Shown: piece by piece, positions 7,763 through 16,353 of the stretch
Layout: each line of letters opens with the position of its first letter
Numbering within the stretch: position 1 is the stretch's first letter
Assembly (NCBI GenBank): GCA_050010135.1
Contig: JBEKLP010000004.1
Span: forward strand, 2,932-66,931
Source of the DNA: Anaerolineales bacterium
Lineage (GTDB): Bacteria; Chloroflexota; Anaerolineae; Anaerolineales; RBG-16-64-43
DNA length: 64,000 bases
Direction: 5' to 3'
Position numbers and translations under genes: made by a program
The notes under the pieces: model-generated
The model's input: only the letters and a program-made list of their open reading frames with translations
What the model was told of the DNA's origin: nothing
The model's database searches: none

Positions 7763-9586
7763 ATGCAGAGGATAAACGGACTCTGGAATCGAATCCGCCG
7801 CGATCCATACGCAACGGCGGCAATATTCCTCGCGGGGGCGGTTTTCATTGCGATCGCGGTGTACGCCTTCGGATCAGATATCCGCGAGTTGGCGGCAAAT
7901 CGGCTGCAGGACGATTCCTATTATTACCTCCAACCCGCCTGGAATTTCTCCCGCAGCGGGATTTTCACCTTTGACGGCGAGCATCCGACCTATGGATTTC
8001 AACCCCTATGGATGATCATACTGGCGGTGCTCGCTCGCGTGTCGCCCGACAAACTTTTCTTTCTGCGGGCGAGCGTCGCGCTGGGGGGATTGTTCTTCTG
8101 TCTGACATCCATTGCACTCTATCGCCTGACCCGCGGCTGGTTGACCGGGTGGAGGGCGCTCATCGCTCCGGTCCTGTGGACGGCGAATTATTCGCTCCTG
8201 GCGATTTACATCACCGGAAAGGAAAACGCGCTCTTTGCGTTCCTGCTGGTCCTTTCCTGCGTGCTCATCCGGCGGAGGATGAGCGCACCCGCGCAGGGGG
8301 CGTGGATGGAAGGCGCGGTTCTGGGATTGATGGTGCTCAGCCGCGTCAACGCGATTGTTCCCGCCCTGCTTCTGGTGGCGGTTCTCTTTTTTGGGGGCGC
8401 AGGCTCATGGGCCGAGCGCGCACGGAGGGCGGGGATTGCCGCGGCCGGCATGCTCGTTGTCCTGGCCGTTTGGTGTTTGTATGCCCAGATCGCCTTCGGC
8501 GCGATCTTCCCCAACAGCGGAACCGCCAAATTGTTCGGATCCTGGGCGGCGCTGGCGGTGTCGATCGAACACTACGCACCATGGGTGCCAGCGAAGTGGA
8601 TCGAACGTCTGGTGCCGGGATCGGAACGCGTGCTGCTTTCGCGTCCGGATCTGCTGATTCTTCCTTCGCGGGGCGTCGGAATCTCTTACTTGTTCGGGCT
8701 GTTGCCTGATCTTGCCTACGGCGCCTGGGCGGGAATATTCTCGTTTCTCGGTGCCCTTTCCTTCCGGCTGAAAGTCCTGATTCTGGCGGCCGTCGGAATC
8801 GGCTCGGGCATATGGGTTTTGATAAAATTGCGGGGCGAGACCGCGGAGCCGGAAGCCGCAACCCGGCGCGGGAGCGCGGCAGTCTTGGGCGTGATCCTGA
8901 TTTCTGCGGCGGTGAATTCGTTGGGAAACTGGCTGCTGCTGCCGGGATACTTGCTATGGGGTGTTTGGTACACCGTGGCGGAAACCCTGGCGATGGTCCT
9001 GGCGATCACATGCATCCTGGGTGCGGGGCTGGAATGGCTGGCGGCAATCAAAAACCGGATGGGCGGGATATTAAATAGAACGGCCCTTCTGGCAATGTCG
9101 ATCCTGGCGACGGTTGGGCTTGTGTTGGTCTGGGTCCATTGGTTGCCGCATGATTATGTCGTCGCGCCCGACGGCACCCAACAGGAAACCTACGACGCGG
9201 CCGCTTGGATGAACAACAACCTGCCGCAGGGCGCGCGGGTCGGTTCCTTCAGCGCCGGGTTGCTCGGTTATTTCGGACAAACCTACACGGTGATCAACTT
9301 GGACGGACTGGCCAACTCGCCGCAATTTGTGCACTCGGAATTGATCGGGCATTTGCTATACGTAGACGGCCTTGCGGCGTCAGACCCCCTGAGGGAATAT
9401 CTACGGCGGGAAAATATTTCCTATTTGGCCAACGTCGATCGTCTGGCGCGGATCCAACGCGGAGAATACCTCGGCCTGGTGGATCCCGGCATGGCGGCGT
9501 TGCTCTATGAAGGTAATTACGCGATCTTCTGGGGACCGGGCGAACCGGAACAACGGATAATTGTCGTGGGGATCGGGGTGCCGTGA
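7763..9586 (+). CDS. Large polytopic membrane protein, group B (GT-C-like candidate; related to group E)
   Basis: 607 aa from ATG 7763. TM1 is followed by the acidic loop motif 'LQDDSYYYLQPAWNFSRSGIFTFDG', then >=10 hydrophobic helices. The C-terminal soluble part carries 'VGSFSAGLLGYFGQTYTVINLDGLANS'. Confidence 0.75.
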   Translation: MQRINGLWNRIRRDPYATAAIFLAGAVFIAIAVYAFGSDIRELAANRLQDDSYYYLQPAWNFSRSGIFTFDGEHPTYGFQPLWMIILAVLARVSPDKLFFLRASVALGGLFFCLTSIALYRLTRGWLTGWRALIAPVLWTANYSLLAIYITGKENALFAFLLVLSCVLIRRRMSAPAQGAWMEGAVLGLMVLSRVNAIVPALLLVAVLFFGGAGSWAERARRAGIAAAGMLVVLAVWCLYAQIAFGAIFPNSGTAKLFGSWAALAVSIEHYAPWVPAKWIERLVPGSERVLLSRPDLLILPSRGVGISYLFGLLPDLAYGAWAGIFSFLGALSFRLKVLILAAVGIGSGIWVLIKLRGETAEPEAATRRGSAAVLGVILISAAVNSLGNWLLLPGYLLWGVWYTVAETLAMVLAITCILGAGLEWLAAIKNRMGGILNRTALLAMSILATVGLVLVWVHWLPHDYVVAPDGTQQETYDAAAWMNNNLPQGARVGSFSAGLLGYFGQTYTVINLDGLANSPQFVHSELIGHLLYVDGLAASDPLREYLRRENISYLANVDRLARIQRGEYLGLVDPGMAALLYEGNYAIFWGPGEPEQRIIVVGIGVP

Positions 9587-10431
9587 AACAGGAAGAAATC
9601 TTCCGTGAGAAAAACGTCGCCCAGGTGCGGGATTATTGGAACGCCCGTCCCTGCAACATCCGCCATTCCCCCCAGCCGGTCGGATCGCGCGAATATTTCG
9701 ACGAGGTCGAGGCGCGTAAATACCTGGTCGAGCCGCATATTCCCGCTTTCGCCGAGTTTCAGCGCTGGGCGGGAAAGCGCGTGCTGGAAATCGGCTGCGG
9801 GATCGGAACCGACACGCTGAATTTCGCGCGTGCCGGCGCCCGGGTGACGGCCGTCGATATTTCGGAGAAGTCCCTTGACCTGGCTCGGCGCCGGGCGAAT
9901 GTGTTCGAGCTTTCCGACCGGATCGACTTCCGTATCGCCGACGCCGAAGTGCTCTCGGAGGCCATTCCGCCTGAGCCGTATGATCTGGTGTATTCCTTCG
10001 GCGCAATCCATCACACCCCGAACCCGGGGCGCGTGGTGGAACAGGTGCGAAGGCATTTCGTCCACACCGGAAGCGAATTTAAAGTAATGGTGTATCACCG
10101 CAGGTCCTGGAAAGTGTTTTGGATCCTGCTGGCCGAGGGGAAAGGCGCCTTCTGGAAGCTCGACGAGCTGGTGGCGCGCAATTCGGAGGCGCAAACAGGA
10201 TGCCCGGTGACCTATACCTACACGCCCGCGAGCGCGCGCAGCTTGCTGCGCGGTTTCCGGGTAGAGTCGTTGTTCGTCGACCATATTTTTCCGTACCGGA
10301 TCCGCGACTACGTACAATACCGTTGCGTGAAAAACTGGTATTTCCGGATCCTGCCCCCGGCCGTATTCCGCGCGATGGAGCGGCGCTGGGGATGGCATCT
10401 GTGCGTGACGGCACGCCCCGAGCCGGAATGA
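9583..10431 (+). CDS. Class I SAM-dependent methyltransferase
   Basis: GTG overlaps the upstream stop (GTGA). Motif I 'VLEIGCGIGTDTLNFARAG', then 'VTAVDISEKSL' and 'YDLVYSFGAIHH'. Confidence 0.85.
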   Translation: MKQEEIFREKNVAQVRDYWNARPCNIRHSPQPVGSREYFDEVEARKYLVEPHIPAFAEFQRWAGKRVLEIGCGIGTDTLNFARAGARVTAVDISEKSLDLARRRANVFELSDRIDFRIADAEVLSEAIPPEPYDLVYSFGAIHHTPNPGRVVEQVRRHFVHTGSEFKVMVYHRRSWKVFWILLAEGKGAFWKLDELVARNSEAQTGCPVTYTYTPASARSLLRGFRVESLFVDHIFPYRIRDYVQYRCVKNWYFRILPPAVFRAMERRWGWHLCVTARPEPE

Positions 10432-11342
10432 TCACCCTGTTTGCGATCCCTAAACCGATGGAGGGCGAGTTTTTACGGATCCAGGAGAATGCGATCCTCT
10501 CCTGGCTGCGGCTCGGATTCGGGGCGGAAGTGCTCCTGTTCGGTGACGAGCGCGGGGTGGAGCACTTCGCACGCCGCCATGGGATAGATCATCACCGCGA
10601 GGTCGCCCGGACCGAAGCGGGAACGCCGCGGGTGGACGATCTTTTCCGGCGGGTGGAAACGCTCGCGACCCGGCCGCTCATCGCGTACATCAACGCGGAT
10701 ATCATCCTGGGACGGGATTTTCCCGATGCGGTCCGTGCGCTGGAAAACATCCGGCGTCCTTTTCTTGCGGTCGGCCGGCGATGGGATCTGGATTATCCGG
10801 GGACGGTCGATTTTTCCGATCCGGCCTGGGAGGCCGATTTACGTCGGGAAGTGGACGAACGCGGGATTCTTCATCCGTCTTCCGGGATCGATTATTTCAT
10901 CTACCGGCGGGGGTTGTGGGGGGAGATTCCGCCCTTCGCCGTCGGCCGCACGATGTGGGACAACTGGCTGATCTGGCGGGCGCGGAAGCGGGGCGCGATG
11001 GTGGTGGACGCTACCGCCAGCATTTGGGCGGTCCATCAGAATCATGGGTACAATCATCACCCGCAGGGATCGGACGGAGTATGGAAGGGGCCGGAGGCTG
11101 AACGGAACGAACGGCTGGCTGGAGGGCTGGGGCGGTTTTTTACGATCGATGACGCCACCCACCGGTTGGCAGACGACAAGGTGGACCGCTTCCGCGACGC
11201 CTTTCACCGGCGGCGCTGGTGGTACACGCTGCCAGCGATCTGGGCTCCGGCGGCTTGGGCGGCGGCGCTTGGAGCCGGGCTTTCCTGGGCGATAACCGGG
11301 ATCCGAAAGCGTATCGCCCGGATGCGGGGAAGAATTTCCTAA
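10428..11342 (+). CDS. Uncharacterised protein, 'ITLF...HQNHxYxHHPQG' family, paralogue 1 (possible GT-A-like transferase)
   Basis: ATGA overlap with the methyltransferase. 304 aa. Shares 'MITLF', 'Y(I/A)NADI', 'GRRWD', 'DYF', 'WDNWL' and 'AVHQNHGYNHHPQG' blocks with 12718-13596. I could not assign a known family motif. Confidence 0.7.
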   Translation: MITLFAIPKPMEGEFLRIQENAILSWLRLGFGAEVLLFGDERGVEHFARRHGIDHHREVARTEAGTPRVDDLFRRVETLATRPLIAYINADIILGRDFPDAVRALENIRRPFLAVGRRWDLDYPGTVDFSDPAWEADLRREVDERGILHPSSGIDYFIYRRGLWGEIPPFAVGRTMWDNWLIWRARKRGAMVVDATASIWAVHQNHGYNHHPQGSDGVWKGPEAERNERLAGGLGRFFTIDDATHRLADDKVDRFRDAFHRRRWWYTLPAIWAPAAWAAALGAGLSWAITGIRKRIARMRGRIS

Positions 11343-11355
11343 TCGAGGAGCTCGC

Positions 11356-12696
11356 ATGAAGGACGTCAAAAATATTCCAGGCTCCGTGGCCGTGATCGGC
11401 CTGGGCAAATTGGGTTCGCCGATGGCGGCCTCGATCTCGGCCCGCGGGACCGCCGTAATCGGCGCGGACCTGGATGTGGGCAAGGTCGAAGCCATCAACC
11501 GCGGCGAACCCCCGGTGAACGAGACCAATCTGGCGGATTACATCCGCCGCGGCCGGGCGCGGCTGCGCGCCACCACCGATATCGAAGCGGCGGTATCCGA
11601 CGCCGAAATCATCTTCATCATCGTCCCCACCCCGAGCGAACCGCACGGCGGATTTTCCCTGCGGCACGTGCTCTCGGCCTGCGAGGCGATCGGCCGCGGG
11701 CTGAAAAAAAAGAAGGGGTTCCCGGTGGCGGTGATCACCTCCACGGTGATGCCCGGTTCGACCGGCGGGCCAATCCGGGAATCCCTGGAAAAACATTCCG
11801 GGAAGAAGGCCGGCAGGGATTTCGGACTATGCTACAGCCCAGAATTCATCGCCCTGGGCAGCGTCATCCACGATTTCCTCAACCCCGACTTCATCCTAGT
11901 GGGAGAATCGGATCCCCGTTCGGGGGAAATCCTCGACGCGTTCTATCAGGCTGTTTGTCAAAATCACCCGCACGTCGCGCGGATGAACTACGTCAACGCC
12001 GAACTTTCCAAACTGGCAGTCAATACCTACGTCACCACCAAGATCACCTACGCCAACATGCTGGCGCACATCTGCGAGCGGCTTCCGGGAGCCGACGTGG
12101 ATGTGGTGACGGAGGCCATCGGCCACGACACCCGGATCGGCGCAAAATATCTCAAAGGCGCGCTGGGATACGGCGGCCCGTGCTTCCCGCGCGATAACCT
12201 GGCGATGGGGCGCCTCGCGCGCGACCTGGGGGCGCAGGCGGCGCTGGCAGAGACGACCGACCGCGAAAACCGCTCAGAAGTTCAGCGTCTTGCGGAACTG
12301 GTGAAACAACATGCGCGCCCTGGTTCGAAGATCGGCATCCTCGGGCTCTCGTATAAACCTGACACCGAGGTCATCGAGGAATCCCAGGGAATCCTGCTGG
12401 CGAAGAAGCTCATGGACGAGGAATTGGAGTTGTTGGTCTACGATCCGATGGCCTTGGAGGCGGCGCGAATGGTTTTGGGAGAAGGTCCTTCGTTTGCGGC
12501 CAGCGCCGAGGATTGCGTCCGGCAATCGGACATCGTGGTCATCACCACACCCTGGAAGGAGTTTTCGAGCATCCCCGAGCGCGCGTACTCCGGGCGTCGA
12601 ACCAGACAGGTCCTGATCGATGCCTGGCGGATTGCGTCGGCCGAATGGCGTGGCAATACGTTGTATATTCCCGTCGGTGTGAATATAACTTCCTAG
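11356..12696 (+). CDS. Nucleotide-sugar 6-dehydrogenase (UDP-glucose/GDP-mannose dehydrogenase family)
   Basis: 446 aa. NAD-binding 'VAVIGLGKLGSPMA', catalytic-Cys segment 'GYGGPCFPRDN', and C-terminal 'IGILGLSYKPDT' UDP-binding-domain motif. The substrate cannot be assigned from sequence alone. Confidence 0.85.
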   Translation: MKDVKNIPGSVAVIGLGKLGSPMAASISARGTAVIGADLDVGKVEAINRGEPPVNETNLADYIRRGRARLRATTDIEAAVSDAEIIFIIVPTPSEPHGGFSLRHVLSACEAIGRGLKKKKGFPVAVITSTVMPGSTGGPIRESLEKHSGKKAGRDFGLCYSPEFIALGSVIHDFLNPDFILVGESDPRSGEILDAFYQAVCQNHPHVARMNYVNAELSKLAVNTYVTTKITYANMLAHICERLPGADVDVVTEAIGHDTRIGAKYLKGALGYGGPCFPRDNLAMGRLARDLGAQAALAETTDRENRSEVQRLAELVKQHARPGSKIGILGLSYKPDTEVIEESQGILLAKKLMDEELELLVYDPMALEAARMVLGEGPSFAASAEDCVRQSDIVVITTPWKEFSSIPERAYSGRRTRQVLIDAWRIASAEWRGNTLYIPVGVNITS

Positions 12697-12717
12697 CATG
12701 GGAAGGACTCGGTAGTC

Positions 12718-13596
12718 ATGATTACCCTGTTTACCACAGCCAAACCATTCGTCGGTCAAACCGCCGTGACCCAGTACAACACCCTGGCCTGCTGGCGCAC
12801 CCTGATGCCCCAAGCCGAAGTGCTTCTGGTGGGCGAGGAAAAAGGTGCCGCCGAGGCGGCGAAGGAGCTCGGCCTCCGGTTGGTGCCGGACATCGAGCGG
12901 AGCGAATTCGGAACGCCCCTTTTGAACTCGGTGTTTTCGAAAGCCGAGGAGCATGCCTCCTTTCCTTTACTGATGTATGCCAATGCCGATATCCTCTTTA
13001 CCCGCCATTTGCCGCAAGCGGTGAAAGCCCTTTCCGGCTGGCGTAAACCGTTCCTGCTCGTCGGACGGCGGTGGGATACCGACCTCAGCGAGCGGATAGA
13101 TTTTTCAAAACCGGATTGGGAGCAATGGCTAATCGAAAAGGCGAAAACCAACGGCAAACCGGGAATCAAATCGGCACTGGATTATTTTATGTTTCCCAAA
13201 GGCGCATGGGGGGAAAGGGGAGGGTATGCGGAGATCCCACCCTTGGCCATCGGCCGCTTTGCGTGGGACAACTGGCTTGTATTCTGGGCACTCGCTCGGA
13301 AGATGGACGTGATCAACGGTTCGGATTTTATCCTCGCGGTGCATCAGAACCACGATTACAGCCATCATCCGCAGGGACAGTACGGCGTGATGCAGGGCGA
13401 GGAGGCGCGGCGTAATTTCGCCCTCGCCAGCTACGCACGGTATCTCTACAATACGCTGGACGCCACCCACCGCATTCGTCCGGACGGAAAGATCGTACGC
13501 ACCTTCTCTTCCGATATTCTAAAGCGCCGATTGCGCACGGCTCCCGACTTGCTTCGGGTGTGGATCCTGGGGAGAAAACGCTGGAAACCGTCGTAA
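12718..13596 (+). CDS. Uncharacterised protein, 'ITLF...HQNHxYxHHPQG' family, paralogue 2
   Basis: 292 aa. Colinear similarity to 10428-11342 ('MITLFTTAKPF', 'YANADILF', 'GRRWDTD', 'AVHQNHDYSHHPQG'). Confidence 0.7.
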   Translation: MITLFTTAKPFVGQTAVTQYNTLACWRTLMPQAEVLLVGEEKGAAEAAKELGLRLVPDIERSEFGTPLLNSVFSKAEEHASFPLLMYANADILFTRHLPQAVKALSGWRKPFLLVGRRWDTDLSERIDFSKPDWEQWLIEKAKTNGKPGIKSALDYFMFPKGAWGERGGYAEIPPLAIGRFAWDNWLVFWALARKMDVINGSDFILAVHQNHDYSHHPQGQYGVMQGEEARRNFALASYARYLYNTLDATHRIRPDGKIVRTFSSDILKRRLRTAPDLLRVWILGRKRWKPS

Positions 13597-13629
13597 GGAT
13601 CGGCTTGACCGGCGGAGGATGAAAGCGCC

Positions 13630-15252
13630 ATGGTGAACACGAAGGAACGCATCCCCGGAATAAAACCATCCCCGATTCGGTGGAGGGGACCTTTGATAAC
13701 CATCCTCCTTTTCGGTTTCGGGCTTCTGTGCCAACTGCCCGTCCTGGGCACGATGTTCCCAAGCCTGGACGACAGTGGATACCTCTTCGACGGCGTGCGC
13801 CTGGTGGAGCACGGAACCTGGCTGCCTCTGGGAAGCGGACCACTCTCCGGAATCCTCAACGGCGCGATTTACCTCTTCTTCCCCCACGACCACATGCTGC
13901 TGGGCTACGTCTCCATTTTCCGAAGGGTGCTCCTGCTCATCGGCATCATGGCCGCGGCGGGATTGGCCGGGAAAGCCGTCGGCGGCAAGCGGGCCGGATG
14001 GGCGGCGATGGCCGTCACGGGGGTGATGCGGCCTCTCTCGACGATCCTCATGGTCACGGCGGATTCCCTCTACGCCGCGCTGGCCGGCCTGAGTTTCGCC
14101 GTTCTCATCACCGGGTGGATTGTGGAAAGACAATCCGGGAAGCCGGCGCGCGCCCGCCTCTGGATCGGAGCCGGTTTGCTGCTGGGGCTGGCGGCTTTGG
14201 CGCGTCTGGACGGATTGCTATTGGGAGTTCTCCTGATTCCCGTCCTGTTTTTTTTCCATGGACGGAATCGGGCGGCGGTGCGAGGGGCGGTGATCTTCGC
14301 GGGAAGCTTTGCCCTGCCGGTGGTGGTTTACGTTCTGATCTACGCCGCCTCCGCCGGAAGTTGGGATCCGCAAATCGGACAGCGCAGTTATCTGGCGTTC
14401 GAGCAGGGGCACAACTTCCTGTACACCGACCATTATGAAGTCGTGCCGACCCCGAGCGCATCCGATGTATATGGAACGGAAGCCGAAAACGGCAACAGCG
14501 TCCTGCGGGCGATCGCCCGGAATCCGCGGGCATTCCTCCGAAGATTGCCGCTGGTGGCGGCCAATGCGGTGCGCATGTTCTACGACGCGTACAGCATTCT
14601 GGGCGGAGCGATGTTTCTTTTTCTCGCCGCCGGCGGCGCGGTGGCGTTATGGAAGCAATCCCACCGCGCCGTTCTGGGCCTGGCGCTGTTATGGTGCGTG
14701 CCGCTTCTGGGGTATGCGCTGGCGTCGTATCGACCGGGTTTCTTCGGCATGCTCCTTCCGGTCCTGCTTACCCTGGTCGTCACCGGTTCCCTGACGGTGA
14801 TCGCGAATTTCCGAGCCTTACTGAAAACGGAACAGGCTTCACTGTTGACCGTCTGGCTGTTGGTCTCGGCGGCGATGATCGGTTCGCAGCTGGCGTTCAT
14901 GGCGGGGCAGTTCCGCGGATGGAATGCCGTGCGGCAGGCAGAGAACCGGTATCAAGGCTGGCTTTCCGAACTCTCCAGCCAGGTTCCACACGGCGAATGC
15001 GTCATCGCGTTCAATGCCACCGACGCCATTTATTCTAATCATTCGGTATATGGAAACTGGCAGCTCTTTTATGAGGTAAGCGATCCGGGCGCATTGCGCA
15101 CGGCCATGGAAGGATCCGGTTGTCGTTTCCTGGTCGTGGATCTCGATCTGCAGACGTTCGCTCCGGAGTTCGTTCCCGTCGCGGAAAAAGCCCTTCAATG
15201 GGAATATACCAGCCGGGACGGTTCGCGCAAAATTTACGAGTTGATCCCCTGA
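13630..15252 (+). CDS. Large polytopic membrane protein, group C (PMT/ArnT-like GT-C candidate)
   Basis: 540 aa. TM1 is followed by 'PSLDDSGYLFDG', resembling the acidic first-loop motif of GT39/GT83-type enzymes. About 11 or more hydrophobic helices and a ~110-aa C-terminal soluble tail. Confidence 0.7.
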   Translation: MVNTKERIPGIKPSPIRWRGPLITILLFGFGLLCQLPVLGTMFPSLDDSGYLFDGVRLVEHGTWLPLGSGPLSGILNGAIYLFFPHDHMLLGYVSIFRRVLLLIGIMAAAGLAGKAVGGKRAGWAAMAVTGVMRPLSTILMVTADSLYAALAGLSFAVLITGWIVERQSGKPARARLWIGAGLLLGLAALARLDGLLLGVLLIPVLFFFHGRNRAAVRGAVIFAGSFALPVVVYVLIYAASAGSWDPQIGQRSYLAFEQGHNFLYTDHYEVVPTPSASDVYGTEAENGNSVLRAIARNPRAFLRRLPLVAANAVRMFYDAYSILGGAMFLFLAAGGAVALWKQSHRAVLGLALLWCVPLLGYALASYRPGFFGMLLPVLLTLVVTGSLTVIANFRALLKTEQASLLTVWLLVSAAMIGSQLAFMAGQFRGWNAVRQAENRYQGWLSELSSQVPHGECVIAFNATDAIYSNHSVYGNWQLFYEVSDPGALRTAMEGSGCRFLVVDLDLQTFAPEFVPVAEKALQWEYTSRDGSRKIYELIP

Positions 15253-15259
15253 TCCACCC

Positions 15260-16216
15260 ATGGCGACCCCGGATATCAGCGTCATCATTCCCGTTCTGAA
15301 CATGCGCCGCTTTTTACCCGACGCAATCGAATCGGTGTACGCCCAGACAGTGCTCGATTGGGAAATTATCCTGGTCGACGACGGGTCGGATGACGGGAGT
15401 CTCGAACTCGCGTTCGAGTACGTTCAACGCGATCCTGAGCGGGTCCGGGTTCTCACGTCTTCCGCTTCCTCCTCCCACGGAGCGAGCGCCGCCCGCAATC
15501 GCGGACTCCAGGCTGCCCGGGGAGAGTTCATTGCTTTCCTGGACGCCGACGATATCTGGCTGCCGGAAAAATTGGAACGCCAGAGGAATCTGCTCACCGA
15601 ATATCCCGACGCGGCGATGACCTTTGCGCGGGTCCATTATTTTTTCGAGAACCCCGACGAAGGAGCCGGATGGGATCAGGCGTTCGCTCCCCTGGAAGCC
15701 CGAACGTACCCCCCGCCGGAATTGACGGTGGAATTCCTGCGAAACGCGGATATTTATCCCTGCCCCACCGCCACCCTGATCCGCTGTTCCGCCTTGATGG
15801 AAGTGGGCGGGTTTGAAGAACGGTTCCGCAAAGTGCGGACCGATCTGGCGGTATGGGTTAAACTCAGCGTTCATTTTCCGGTCTATGCTGATTCGGCGTT
15901 TGTGGCCCGCTACCGGCAGCACGGTCAATCCTCCGTGGCGCGCATGTTCAGCGATCCGGAGGCGTACCACAGGAACGAGATGGACTTCTGGTGCTGGCTC
16001 CTGCAGTACCTCGAGGCCCTGCCGGAAAAAATCCGCCGGCAACCGGAATCGCTGGCCTGCCGGCAGGTGTTCCGACTCATCCTGGCGGAGGTGATGCAGG
16101 GCCGGCGGCAAAACCCGTTTGCCTGGCGCTGGGCCGTACTGCGGCGGATCTGGCGGTATCCCGCCTTCCAGCGGGAAGCTCGTTGGATTCGCATTTTGCT
16201 TCCAAGAAGCATGTGA
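15260..16216 (+). CDS. Glycosyltransferase family 2
   Basis: 'ISVIIPVLNMRRFLPDAIESVYAQT', 'ILVDDGSDDGS', and 'FLDADDIW' (DxD). Confidence 0.9.
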   Translation: MATPDISVIIPVLNMRRFLPDAIESVYAQTVLDWEIILVDDGSDDGSLELAFEYVQRDPERVRVLTSSASSSHGASAARNRGLQAARGEFIAFLDADDIWLPEKLERQRNLLTEYPDAAMTFARVHYFFENPDEGAGWDQAFAPLEARTYPPPELTVEFLRNADIYPCPTATLIRCSALMEVGGFEERFRKVRTDLAVWVKLSVHFPVYADSAFVARYRQHGQSSVARMFSDPEAYHRNEMDFWCWLLQYLEALPEKIRRQPESLACRQVFRLILAEVMQGRRQNPFAWRWAVLRRIWRYPAFQREARWIRILLPRSM

Positions 16217-16353
16217 TAATAGCGACCGGGAGGAAGTTGCGGGCTAAGTTTTTTCCCTTTGAAAAATCAAGTCCGGAATCCCGTCCTGATCGAGAAGATA
16301 CCCGGATTTGAATACAGTTAGGCCAAAGAATGGTTGTAGACACAGAGGTGAGA

